Sequence record: LR535910.1
DNA length: 64,000 bases
Direction: 5' to 3' (one strand)
Notes under the pieces: generated by a model
The model's input: the letters and a program-made list of their open reading frames with translations, nothing else
Told to the model about the DNA's origin: nothing
The model's database searches: none
Program-made: the position numbers and the translations under genes
Shown here: positions 46,471 through 56,405 of the stretch, piece after piece
Layout: every line of letters begins with the position of its first letter
How positions within the stretch are numbered: the stretch's first letter is position 1

Positions 46471-48171
46471 ATGCAGCTTGTAAATCTACTGATGTATCCG
46501 GTCTACGATGTTCCAGAGCAAGTTCGTCGCCGCATCGGCTTTAACGCATCGACGGGTGCACTGGATGACTTAGCAGCAGCGGTTGAACTGGGCGGGGAAA
46601 AAGCTGTGGGAACACAGCAGTATCAAGAAGCATTATCTGCCATCGTGGGCTTCGATGGCACCCAGAATGGTTTTGAGCGTCCATTCATCAACGTGTCCGA
46701 TGATGACAATCGTCCTGTACAGTTCCAATGGGAATCACGTGATACCGGTATCTTTAACTTCGTGGCGGTGTTTATTGCTAAACCTCTGAATGCAACACGC
46801 ACTCAGGAAACGCAATACATCGTATCCGGTTATACCAGTCAGGCAGAAACCAGCCTGGGTAGCTTGCTGCCGGACGATATGGTGTTGTACATTAACGACA
46901 TCTACGGCTTACAGGCAACGTATACACACGATGCCCTGGGCGGCAAAACATTGAACCCAGACTCATTCCGTCTACTGGATAACTACGTTTTATCGAAAGC
47001 GCTGTCTGTTGAAGGCCAAACAGAAAGTACGGTAGATATCATTTCGATCGCGAAAGCAGCGGATATGGTAAAACGTATTGAAATGAACAGTGGTGAGAAG
47101 TTCGTCCCTACGAGCGACTCTGTGCTATCCGCAACTAGTAGCTCTGCACCACAGTTGATGGTATCCCAACTCCAGCGTCCAGAAAACTACGTATCTGCCA
47201 TCAGTAATGCGTATCTGGCAAGCTCTGGGGTAGATACCGAACTCGGTAGCGTGGAAAGCTTCTTTGCAGGTAATAACTCCATCGGCGTTGAATCTGAATT
47301 GAAGCAACGTGGTGTTATCCGTAACTACAGCAACCACGAACTGATTGCTGCGATGCGTCAAGCACTCCAGAACGGGATGTCTGATGTATCTGGCGGCTGG
47401 AAAGCAACCAGTAAGGCGACGTTCCGTTTGGCTGATTTGCGTAATGCGATTGTCAACCCAATGCGGTTGGATGAATGTATCCGTGAATCGCTGGCGCTGG
47501 CAAGTCGCCGTGGGTTGGGTGCAGGGCTGGTTAACCAAACCGACCACTGGATTGGACGTAATGGCTTCTCCACGCAGGGTAGTCTAGTTGCGTATGATCT
47601 GGCTATGTCTATCGGGCCGATTATGTCACGTAACCTGATTGGTGAAGTGAGCTTTGTCTTTGATAACCGCAACACAGATATCATGATAGAGCCTACGCTG
47701 GAAGTTATTCCTAACTCAGTCAGCAGCATCACGCACCATCAGTTACCTGCTGCGTTAGGTCGTCGTTTCTTGCAGAACATGAAAGAAGCGATGGTTCAGG
47801 TTACTAAACATAACCATATTCGCTGCCACATGCTGGTCACCGCATTGTTGGGGACCGTTACTCGTATTGAAATCCGTGTCGACGACGAACCGCTGGAATA
47901 TTACACCTACGCGTCGTTTATGCAATTCCGTCTCCATACCGGCAACACCACCGATCTCAAATACGTTGGTGAGCTGGCACAGAACACCGCAACGCTGTTG
48001 AAAGCCGTGGAAGAAGGTTATACAGAATTCGAGAAAGGCCAAGGCCGGGGTCGAATGCTATCTAACATTCCAACTAACACAGGTGGCTTAGATCCTCTCG
48101 GAGGTCTTGACCTGGGTGGTGGCTTAGGCGGTATAGGCGGAAACGGACTCGGCAACGGTCTCATTGATTAA
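46471..48171 (+). CDS. picA: PicA/Imp1-like phage nuclear import factor (phiKZ gp69-like)
   Basis: 566 aa directly after the gp68-like gene. Called mainly on synteny. Confidence 0.6.
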   Translation: MQLVNLLMYPVYDVPEQVRRRIGFNASTGALDDLAAAVELGGEKAVGTQQYQEALSAIVGFDGTQNGFERPFINVSDDDNRPVQFQWESRDTGIFNFVAVFIAKPLNATRTQETQYIVSGYTSQAETSLGSLLPDDMVLYINDIYGLQATYTHDALGGKTLNPDSFRLLDNYVLSKALSVEGQTESTVDIISIAKAADMVKRIEMNSGEKFVPTSDSVLSATSSSAPQLMVSQLQRPENYVSAISNAYLASSGVDTELGSVESFFAGNNSIGVESELKQRGVIRNYSNHELIAAMRQALQNGMSDVSGGWKATSKATFRLADLRNAIVNPMRLDECIRESLALASRRGLGAGLVNQTDHWIGRNGFSTQGSLVAYDLAMSIGPIMSRNLIGEVSFVFDNRNTDIMIEPTLEVIPNSVSSITHHQLPAALGRRFLQNMKEAMVQVTKHNHIRCHMLVTALLGTVTRIEIRVDDEPLEYYTYASFMQFRLHTGNTTDLKYVGELAQNTATLLKAVEEGYTEFEKGQGRGRMLSNIPTNTGGLDPLGGLDLGGGLGGIGGNGLGNGLID

Positions 48172-48183
48172 GGATTATTAACC

Positions 48184-49551
48184 ATGAAATTGATTGAATT
48201 CTACCGTTCGTTTCTGACCTCGCTCGGATACGGATTCGAAGGTGACATGCTGACTATCGATGATGGTCATCCGGCAATGTTCACCTACAACAAAGTGAAG
48301 CGCCGCTTGGTGCTTCCAACTGCAGCGATGATTAAGCGTGGGTTGGAAGATGACGAAGGTAGTGAATGTCATGCGTTCCACCCGCTGTGTGAATCGGTGC
48401 TGGCTGGCGAATCTGGAACGATTCGTTTCCTGAAGAAAGCCATCAACGCGAACCTCTTCCTGAAAAGCTTCGAGTTAATCGATGCGATTTTGGAAACAGC
48501 AGCCGAAGGAAAAAATATCCGTCTGGCAGCGTACAAGAAGTTTTTAAGCGATGTGGTTTGTGCTGACCTGAAAGATCCAACGATGGATAAGAAACTGGTT
48601 CAGAGCTGGCACGCAGTGAAGAACTACGTTTACGGGTTGCTGGAAGAAGATAAAAAGACAAAGATCACCAGTATCTTCATCTCCAGCGATATGACCATTG
48701 AAGGTATCAAATATATCCGTGTGGCGAACTACAAACACATGTTTGAAGAAGAGTCACTGGATGGTACGGCAACATTCTTCGGTGTCAAGCTCCAGCGTAA
48801 GCAGGATAAGGTCATTATCTTTAACCTGCTAACTGCAGTGTTTGGTTGGTATCCTTCGGTTACTGGTTCTAACGATCCGCGTCCGTACTTCGGTTCTTTG
48901 GCACGCGGTTGGGCACAATACGTGACCAACTACAATCAAGTGGTTCGTGGTCTGCGTGACCACACTCCACTGCGTCCGTTAGAAGAAGAATGGATTGGCC
49001 AACTGGATAACATGAGCGTTTATGATAACGTTATCCAAACTCTGCCGTATAATACCGGCCCACGCACCGATCAGGCAACAGACACCACCGCAACGGATTT
49101 CCGTATCGGGCGTACACCTGCCGGCACAAAGCCGGTCGTTGCTTTAGCTTCTCAACAAGCTCCGCAGGAAAATCTTGATCTCAACGATCCGGTAAACTAT
49201 TTCCGTGCGAAGAAAGCGCAACAGGCGTCTTCAGCTAATAGCTTCAATGCGTTAGCACCGAAGATTCAGGAAGCGCTGCGTGAGAACAACGGCCATTTAC
49301 CGAAAGGGACAATTAAAGAACTGTCTCTCGGTGAGGCGCTGCGTGGTAATGCGGTGACGAAAGAAAGTGGTCTGGGTTCTGGTTTGCTGGGAAGTAGTAA
49401 TAATCTCTTGGGGGGTAGCACGCAGTTGGGCGGCGGTAGCACCAACCTCTTAGGAGGGAGTAGTGACGTGTTAGGTGGTCTGGGTGGTTTAGGTGGCGGA
49501 AGTAGCAGCAGTTTAGGCAACCTACCATTCTCATCAGCTAATTTACGTTAA
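48184..49551 (+). CDS. Conserved nucleus-block protein (phiKZ gp70-like) with a Gly/Leu/Ser low-complexity tail
   Basis: 455 aa; FHPLCES motif; AAGGA SD. Confidence 0.7.
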   Translation: MKLIEFYRSFLTSLGYGFEGDMLTIDDGHPAMFTYNKVKRRLVLPTAAMIKRGLEDDEGSECHAFHPLCESVLAGESGTIRFLKKAINANLFLKSFELIDAILETAAEGKNIRLAAYKKFLSDVVCADLKDPTMDKKLVQSWHAVKNYVYGLLEEDKKTKITSIFISSDMTIEGIKYIRVANYKHMFEEESLDGTATFFGVKLQRKQDKVIIFNLLTAVFGWYPSVTGSNDPRPYFGSLARGWAQYVTNYNQVVRGLRDHTPLRPLEEEWIGQLDNMSVYDNVIQTLPYNTGPRTDQATDTTATDFRIGRTPAGTKPVVALASQQAPQENLDLNDPVNYFRAKKAQQASSANSFNALAPKIQEALRENNGHLPKGTIKELSLGEALRGNAVTKESGLGSGLLGSSNNLLGGSTQLGGGSTNLLGGSSDVLGGLGGLGGGSSSSLGNLPFSSANLR

Positions 49552-49557
49552 GCGTTA

Positions 49558-49589
49558 GAAAGAAGGGACTGGGCGTCCCTTCTTTTTTT
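49558..49589. terminator. Bidirectional terminator
   Basis: AGAAGGGAC-TGGGC-GTCCCTTCT followed by a T-tract. Confidence 0.75.
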
Positions 49590-49912
49590 CAAGATTCTAC
49601 GATAGTCGATAAGATGTTACTTACCACGCCGACACTAGGAACCAATAAGGTTCTTATCTCTGGCGTGAAATCAAACGGAGTAGAAATTCCGTTCATTAAC
49701 ATCATCGGATAAATAATACTATTATCGTACTGTTTGAGACGACAGTACGCGTAGAAACTGTGTACCTCTGGGTAGGCATATTTTGGGTCAACAACTTCTT
49801 CTGTAGTATCTGGGTGTTTGCGAAGGAAGTCTGTATAGTCATGCAACACCTTATACTTGGTCGAATCAGGCGAAGGTATTATTTCGGATAAGGTAGCAAA
49901 TTTATCTAGCAT
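49589..49912 (-). CDS. Small conserved protein, LysM/T4 gp53-like baseplate wedge candidate
   Basis: 107 aa; AAGGAG SD; ...IIYPMMLMNGISTPFDF...LLVP resembles the LysM-type wedge C-terminus (inferred). Confidence 0.5.
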   Translation of the reverse strand: MLDKFATLSEIIPSPDSTKYKVLHDYTDFLRKHPDTTEEVVDPKYAYPEVHSFYAYCRLKQYDNSIIYPMMLMNGISTPFDFTPEIRTLLVPSVGVVSNILSTIVES

Positions 49913-49933
49913 CGTCTCTCCTTAAAATAAAAC

Positions 49934-49953
49934 AGATAGATATTATCTTACCG
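49934..49953 (+). promoter_or_regulatory. Putative early promoter
   Basis: AGATAGATATTATCTTACCG. Confidence 0.7.
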
Positions 49954-49978
49954 AGGTAACCAAAAGGAGCATTTACGA

Positions 49979-52216
49979 ATGAAAACACCAGTCGAACTCA
50001 TGTCAAGCGTTGCTGACCGTGAGGTGAATATCACTGGCGTATCTGGGGCACGTGCCTCAATGGTGGGTGGACATATGAAGTCGGCGGTACCACTGGACAA
50101 TCCAGATCCGACTATCCATTTTACCGGCGCTGATGTGAACTACCACGATTATTGTTTTAACGATATCGTGGAAGACAGTGGTACCGTGTGCAGTTACACA
50201 ACCAAAGAAGGTGTTACTCGTGCAGCTGTTTTTGCACGCTATGGTCGTGAAGGGGATCACGATCCGCTCCAACATGTTATCTTCTTCACGCGCGCAGATT
50301 TAACCAACCAGCGCAAAGTGATGATTGATGTAATCGATATCAAGTATTACACCAACCACGATAACATTTTCTCGTCTAAGAAAGAGGCTACTGGGAAACT
50401 TCAGGCGTTGCTGCGCGGGCAGACTCAGCACCTGGAAAAAGATGAAATGCTTACCGTGCTGCCGGCACAGAAAGACGGTGAGTTTGTCGATGGGGTCAAC
50501 CTGCACACCGTGACAATGTCGCACCCGGACATTATCGAGGACTCGTACACCATCTCCGAAACTGCAGCGAAGGCGATGCACGCTTATGGTTTGCGTGCAA
50601 TTGACTTTACCCTGCGTGACGACGAGTACCTGCTCGACACGTATGGGACAACGGGCATTGATGGCGTTCGTCGACCACAGTACCTGCCCAATAAAGGACA
50701 GGCAATTCGTGATGATGGGTTGGTTATTGCCGCGCGCCGTTTCGATAAGCTATGGGCAGCCATTGACTCGCACGTAGGTGAAACACAACATATCTCTCCG
50801 CACTTCGACCGTTGTGAGTATGTTGATGCCGACCCTGAGCATTACAAAGCGCGTCAGGCTGGCGACTTTGAAAAGATGGAACGTACTGGTTCTCGTGTCG
50901 TTGATATTCAGGTATGGCGGGACGAAACCAAATGCGATCGTGGTGTTAACAATATCGCATGTACCGAAGAGAACAAACGCGAGTTAGATCACTACGCGAA
51001 CGCTTTGAAACGTTTTTACAATGATATCGTGCGATTCTATTTTGCGATGTCCAAGGACAAGAATATTGTCTGGTCACCGAAAGCGTTTGAGATTCTTGAC
51101 AAGGCGTTCTGTTCTGAGACGTATGAAGTCTATAACGACTTCCGTGAAGAGATTGGTCGTGAATACGATGAAGCCATGCGTAAAGGTGAGTATAACCGTT
51201 CTGCTGATAAGAACGTGTTGAACAAACTGGCGCAGCCGGTTCAGCGTGGTCTCTGGGACCCAATTGGTAGCTACACGATACGCATCGTGGTACGTTATCC
51301 AATCCCAGTTACCGTCTCATCGAAAATCACCGACCGTTCAGGTACAAAAGGTATCGTGGGCGCAGTGCGGCCTGATGAAGAAATGCCGATTAACGAGTTC
51401 GGAGAACGTGTGCATGTCATTCGTTCCATGAACGCCGTAATTCGTCGTTCGACTTATGCTGCGCTGTTCCACATGTATTGGTCTGCTGCATCCGAGCAGT
51501 TGAAGATGCGGTTGAAACCATTACTTGCTGCCAACCAGGTTGATGAAGCCTGGGAAATCCTGATGGACTATATCGATCGCTATAACCCGCGCTGGACATT
51601 CTATCTCAATGCCAGTCACCCAGATACTGAGTCACGTCTGGAACTCTTTAAAGAGATTTACGACTTCACGATTCGTATCTGGCTTCCCCACGAATTGAAT
51701 GCCACCCAGGTAGAAATCTGCCGTGCTCTAGGCGAGTACGCACCACGCAAGTCTAAGCTACTGATTACTAACTATCAGGGTGAGAAAGAGTGGACGAAGA
51801 ACCAGTTCTACGTCGGCATGGTAGAGACTCTGCGCCTGGATAAAACCGGTCGTGAGTTCTCCAGTATCTCGTCGATGTACACGAACTATTTGGGTTGTAT
51901 TGATGCATCCAACCAAGGACGTGGTTCATATCCGATTAACCTGAAAGGGTTGAAGTGGGGTGGTCCTTCCGAGCAGCGTCTTACCGACGGCTTTGGTCCG
52001 GGCAACTTCCCCGAAACTCATGACCGCGCTAATAACCCTGCGGTACACCGTGCGATCGTAACGGGGTTGTATAACTCGCCAACACCAACCAATCCGGGGG
52101 TGCTGGTCGATCGTAAGAAACTGCCAATGGGAGATTCGCAGATTGACAGGATGATACGTAACATCCATCGCTGTGAAGGTTTTGAATTAGTGCGTCCAAT
52201 TCGGGAGGATAAATAA
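49979..52216 (+). CDS. nvRNAP beta C-terminal subunit (phiKZ gp71/73-like), uninterrupted
   Basis: RASMVGGHMKSAV, GVNL...IEDSYTISE, SKITDRSGTKGIVG and GLKWGGPSE are RpoB region H/I equivalents. Confidence 0.88.
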   Translation: MKTPVELMSSVADREVNITGVSGARASMVGGHMKSAVPLDNPDPTIHFTGADVNYHDYCFNDIVEDSGTVCSYTTKEGVTRAAVFARYGREGDHDPLQHVIFFTRADLTNQRKVMIDVIDIKYYTNHDNIFSSKKEATGKLQALLRGQTQHLEKDEMLTVLPAQKDGEFVDGVNLHTVTMSHPDIIEDSYTISETAAKAMHAYGLRAIDFTLRDDEYLLDTYGTTGIDGVRRPQYLPNKGQAIRDDGLVIAARRFDKLWAAIDSHVGETQHISPHFDRCEYVDADPEHYKARQAGDFEKMERTGSRVVDIQVWRDETKCDRGVNNIACTEENKRELDHYANALKRFYNDIVRFYFAMSKDKNIVWSPKAFEILDKAFCSETYEVYNDFREEIGREYDEAMRKGEYNRSADKNVLNKLAQPVQRGLWDPIGSYTIRIVVRYPIPVTVSSKITDRSGTKGIVGAVRPDEEMPINEFGERVHVIRSMNAVIRRSTYAALFHMYWSAASEQLKMRLKPLLAANQVDEAWEILMDYIDRYNPRWTFYLNASHPDTESRLELFKEIYDFTIRIWLPHELNATQVEICRALGEYAPRKSKLLITNYQGEKEWTKNQFYVGMVETLRLDKTGREFSSISSMYTNYLGCIDASNQGRGSYPINLKGLKWGGPSEQRLTDGFGPGNFPETHDRANNPAVHRAIVTGLYNSPTPTNPGVLVDRKKLPMGDSQIDRMIRNIHRCEGFELVRPIREDK

Positions 52217-54321
52217 TGGCGGGTCGTTCTGTACACGTACGTGATTTGCGTATGCTTAACTCTGATCAGGTGTGGAAACTACGCGGGCGTTATTACGTGA
52301 CATTCGACGATGGTAAGTCGTTGGAAATGTCTAGTCGCCACATCAAACTCAGCTGGCCGTATTGGGGTGTGTCGCGTCTGTATCCGCAGGTGCCCACTCC
52401 ATCGACCATGGCGTATCGTCCAGGTCAGGTAGCAACAGATGACCTGCATCTGGACTTTATGTCGGAAGCAGCGGTACTGGCCCGTAAAGCAGGTGTCGAC
52501 CTTGCTGAAACGCGTTATATCCTGAGTCAACATGTCTACGCCGATGCGTTCAACATGACAGTGAAGAACTTGCTGTCGTATTGTACGACAATCGACTTTG
52601 ATACGATGATGGAGATCTACGACCACCCGAACTTCGAACTCATCCGTCAGTGGGAAGTGCAATACCCTACTGGCTACGATGAAGATGGTCAGGATATGGT
52701 TGAAGAAGCGTACAAGCTTATCGAGAAAATCTTCAAAGACCCTGCGCTACGGTATAACCCGGTCGTGATGTCGGTACTGGACGGTACTGTGAAGATGAAC
52801 CAGGTACTGCAAGCCTTCGTGCGTGGTAAAACGTCAGAAATTGACTCACGTGTATACACCAATCAGGTGTGGGAAGGCTTCTTTACCGGAATGCACTCGG
52901 TTATTTCGCGTTTGAAAGAATCCGGTGCAACTTCACGTTCCCACTTGTACAACACTGACAAGATTGCCGAAGCAGAATACGCCTCACGTAAACTGCAGTT
53001 GGCAGCAAACGTACTGATGTATTTCACGTACGACGACTGCGGTACAACTCACGCACACCGCTACACGTTTAAGGATACGCAGCTGGATGAGCGTGCCTAT
53101 AAAGCGATGGTGGGGATGCGTTATCGTTTAGAAGGCGATAATGGTCCGTGGTTGAGATTTGAGAAAGGTGGATACGCAGACCTGGTTGGTAAACCGCTGG
53201 TCTTCCGTAGTGCAATGACCTGTAAAGAGATGGCGAATCAGTCCATCTGTGCGACCTGTATGGGGGATTTGATTTATAATCTCTCCGAAGGTACGTCACC
53301 AGGTCACCTGGCCTCCACGTCCATCTCGGAAAAGGGTACACAGGGAATTCTCTCCACCAAGCACCTTGACTTCTTGCGTTATCTGCTCAACCTGGTACTC
53401 ACCCCACGTATGCGTGAGTACATGACCGAATACAAACATAACTCTCTGAAAGGGTTGTGCTTGCTACCAAAACCACAGCGTGGGAATTGGTCAGAATACG
53501 AGTTGGTTGTTACCGATAAAGTTTATTCGGAGCTGAGCCAGATTGCGTACCATGAAGATCTCGATGCAATTGATGAAACGGCATTGCCGGAAATCACCGA
53601 CTTGACATTCCAGCGTCGTTTAGAAGATGGGCAAATCATCGCTGCAGATTCTATCGATGTGCGAATGGGTGTTTGTGGGAACTTCTCTAAACCGTTCTTG
53701 CATTACTTCTTGAAACAACGTGCGAACATTCGTATCGAGAAGAAGACGGTTCAGATTCCTTTGAAAGGATGGAACCCGAAACACCCGGTACTGGTATACA
53801 CCAACCGTTCTGAATCGATGGCAGAATTCGTGGCAGGGTTAGAAACCAAGCTACGTTCAATCGCAGCCGATAAGAACGAAGACATTGTGGAAATCATCAA
53901 CACAGCATCGACTGTGAAGTTGAACAAGAAACAAGGTCGTGTGAAACCGGTAACGTTGGTTGAAATGGGTGGTGCTACAGAGAAACAGTGTACTTATGCG
54001 TTGATGGACACGTTTAAGTATATCCAGCGTAAGCTGAGCGGTATACCGATGACGCACATTGCGATTATGTTGGCGATATCTCGTGTAGAGTCACCAACCA
54101 ATCCGTTCCCGGCAGTAGGATTTGACAGTGAGGATTCTACTAATGCCACCGGGAAACGGTTTGTCGATCACAACACGCTCATTAGTTTGCGCTCGGCAAT
54201 TCCGATGTTGTTGTTTGAAGGACAGCAGGGGAATATCGATCGCGTTGGTTTTTATACCGAGTACAAAATCCCGGCATCGTTGTACGATGACCTAGGAGCC
54301 GCTGTGGTAATTGAGTTGTAA
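52216..54321 (+). CDS. nvRNAP beta' C-terminal subunit (phiKZ gp74-like)
   Basis: DDCGT, RSAMTC...ICATCMG Zn site, GHLASTSISEKGTQGILSTKH (trigger-loop region). Confidence 0.88.
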   Translation: MAGRSVHVRDLRMLNSDQVWKLRGRYYVTFDDGKSLEMSSRHIKLSWPYWGVSRLYPQVPTPSTMAYRPGQVATDDLHLDFMSEAAVLARKAGVDLAETRYILSQHVYADAFNMTVKNLLSYCTTIDFDTMMEIYDHPNFELIRQWEVQYPTGYDEDGQDMVEEAYKLIEKIFKDPALRYNPVVMSVLDGTVKMNQVLQAFVRGKTSEIDSRVYTNQVWEGFFTGMHSVISRLKESGATSRSHLYNTDKIAEAEYASRKLQLAANVLMYFTYDDCGTTHAHRYTFKDTQLDERAYKAMVGMRYRLEGDNGPWLRFEKGGYADLVGKPLVFRSAMTCKEMANQSICATCMGDLIYNLSEGTSPGHLASTSISEKGTQGILSTKHLDFLRYLLNLVLTPRMREYMTEYKHNSLKGLCLLPKPQRGNWSEYELVVTDKVYSELSQIAYHEDLDAIDETALPEITDLTFQRRLEDGQIIAADSIDVRMGVCGNFSKPFLHYFLKQRANIRIEKKTVQIPLKGWNPKHPVLVYTNRSESMAEFVAGLETKLRSIAADKNEDIVEIINTASTVKLNKKQGRVKPVTLVEMGGATEKQCTYALMDTFKYIQRKLSGIPMTHIAIMLAISRVESPTNPFPAVGFDSEDSTNATGKRFVDHNTLISLRSAIPMLLFEGQQGNIDRVGFYTEYKIPASLYDDLGAAVVIEL

Positions 54322-54324
54322 ACC

Positions 54325-54350
54325 GAGGGGCCTTGCGCCCCTCTTTTTTT
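54325..54350 (+). terminator. Intrinsic terminator
   Basis: GAGGGGC-CTTGC-GCCCCTC followed by a T-tract. Confidence 0.75.
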
Positions 54351-54367
54351 GTGCGAAGAGGGGCAGC

Positions 54368-56074
54368 ATGGTAGAAATTCAAATGACTTACACGAGTATG
54401 GGGGTACGGGTTGAAGTCCCCATCCGCCAGGCTGAAAGGGCCATACTCGCGTGGGCCGAAGAGAATATGCACGCCCCAAAGATGGGCAAGCAGCATGGAC
54501 GAATAACTACGGAACGCGGCGATGCGTACTACGCCCACATTCCGTCTTTAAGGACATTCATTTTCCATAAAGTGTTCGCTGAGAAGATTAAACATATCCT
54601 CCAACGGGCAGCAATTGAATACGCTTTTCAGTACAAGCTTACAGAGCACCATCCTGAGCGAGGAACACCTTACAGCTGTACATTCGATAACTACGGTTTC
54701 TCGATGGTAGAAAGCGATCCGGAGTCGCGGTTCTATTATCAGAACGAGGTTGTGGATGCAGCGTCCGATCCAAACCGACCGCAGACAATCTTTGCCATTC
54801 AGACAGGTCGTGGGAAGACGAAATCGTGTATGAAGTCGATGGTTAAACGGGGAACCCGTACCGCATTGATTCACCGTCCGTCATACGTTCCCAAATGGCT
54901 GTTTGACGTCTGTGATGATGAAACAGGACTTCGTATACTTCGTGACGAGGTGTTAGTTTGTACAGGCGTACAGGCGATTTACGACGCGCTGGAGATGGGT
55001 AAGTCGGGAGAGCTAGATAGACGCGGTATTAAGGTAATAATCCTCCCCACGGTCTCTCTACAGCGTTTCCTGAAGGAGTACATTAACACTGCTGCGACTA
55101 ACCCTGTAGACCTGGATACGTTTTATGATGTTCTGGGTGTGGGTCTGGTGGCGATGGATGAGGTGCACGAGCATTTTCACCTCGTTTACATGGCTGGTAT
55201 AATGTTGAACCCGCCGGCATCGATAGAGATGTCTGCAACTCTTAAACCGGGTAGCAGTAAAGCCTTTATCGCGGAGCGGTATTTAGAACGTTTCCCAATG
55301 GAGTACCGAATCAGTATTCCAATCATTCCGGTGGTTGACGTGAAAGCGTTGTACTATCGACTGGATGATAAGAAGTTCGCGTGGTGGGCGTCGAAGATGA
55401 CGCCGTATAACCACAAACTCTTCGAAGGGAAGCTGATTAAAGAGAACTTGCATTTAGAATACGCGAACATGATCTGGGATGTGGTTGAGAAATCGTTCCT
55501 TAAACGGTATCAACCCGGCCAGAAGTGTTTGCTGCTATTTGCCACGGTTGCAATGTGTGAGTTCTTTACCGAGTATGTGAAAGATAAGTTATCGCGTGAC
55601 CCTGTATTCCATCCACTGATGGTGGCGAAATATAATGCAGGCGATTCGTATGACGACTTTATCCAAGCAGACTTCTCTATCTCCACACCGGGGAAAGCGG
55701 GGACTGCGGTCGATAAACCTGGGTTGGTGCACATGTACATCTCAACCCCGGTAGAAGACCAGCAACTGAACGAACAGATGGCCGGTCGTCCACGTAAGAT
55801 TCTCCACAACGAGTGGGGTGAAATAGACCCAACGGTGTGGTTATTCCATGCGTATAACGTACCGAAGCATTGCAATTACTTGAATGCCCGCCAGAAATCA
55901 CTCAAGGATGTCGTATTGTCGTTCCGTATCGCGACATCCCCCTACGTTGTAAGGAAATCACATGCTCACTCCGCCGCGTCCAGCAGAGCCACTGCCGCCC
56001 TACATCGGAATGACTTTAGCAAGTTTTCTCGAAAACATTCTAAAGGCGTATCCCGGCGTAGAAGACGTCGCTAA
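54368..56074 (+). CDS. Superfamily 2 (DExH) helicase (phiKZ gp75-like)
   Basis: QTGRGKT (Walker A), MDEVHE, SAT (motif III), QMAGRPR (motif VI). Confidence 0.88.
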   Translation: MVEIQMTYTSMGVRVEVPIRQAERAILAWAEENMHAPKMGKQHGRITTERGDAYYAHIPSLRTFIFHKVFAEKIKHILQRAAIEYAFQYKLTEHHPERGTPYSCTFDNYGFSMVESDPESRFYYQNEVVDAASDPNRPQTIFAIQTGRGKTKSCMKSMVKRGTRTALIHRPSYVPKWLFDVCDDETGLRILRDEVLVCTGVQAIYDALEMGKSGELDRRGIKVIILPTVSLQRFLKEYINTAATNPVDLDTFYDVLGVGLVAMDEVHEHFHLVYMAGIMLNPPASIEMSATLKPGSSKAFIAERYLERFPMEYRISIPIIPVVDVKALYYRLDDKKFAWWASKMTPYNHKLFEGKLIKENLHLEYANMIWDVVEKSFLKRYQPGQKCLLLFATVAMCEFFTEYVKDKLSRDPVFHPLMVAKYNAGDSYDDFIQADFSISTPGKAGTAVDKPGLVHMYISTPVEDQQLNEQMAGRPRKILHNEWGEIDPTVWLFHAYNVPKHCNYLNARQKSLKDVVLSFRIATSPYVVRKSHAHSAASSRATAALHRNDFSKFSRKHSKGVSRRRRRR

Positions 56075-56345
56075 GAAACTCTGCACCGACGCCACTATCA
56101 ACCAGGCGTTTCATTACTACATGGTCACTGAACATTACAGCGGCCTGTTCCTTAACCAACGCGGGTTGACGTATTACGTCACCCGCACGTCAAGTATCCG
56201 TAACACTTCGTCGTACGAGTTATATACGTACGTGTTGTGGAATGAGAACCCGGCCGGTAGTGTCGATCAGAATCCAAAGATGGCTTATCGTCTTTACTCT
56301 GAAAAATGGCACGATTGGGTGACTGTTCCACACGATGCAAGTTAA
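55962..56345 (+). CDS. Hypothetical protein overlapping the helicase 3' end
   Basis: AAGGA SD; 127 aa; 113-nt overlap. Confidence 0.6.
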   Translation: MLTPPRPAEPLPPYIGMTLASFLENILKAYPGVEDVAKKLCTDATINQAFHYYMVTEHYSGLFLNQRGLTYYVTRTSSIRNTSSYELYTYVLWNENPAGSVDQNPKMAYRLYSEKWHDWVTVPHDAS

Positions 56346-56368
56346 TCACGTTTTGGGTGTATATTGTG
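56341..56368 (+). promoter_or_regulatory. Possible middle promoter
   Basis: GTTAATCAC-N11-ATATTGTG. Confidence 0.25.
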
Positions 56369-56405
56369 TATACACCCAACCCCTAATTGCAAAAGGATTA
56401 TTACG

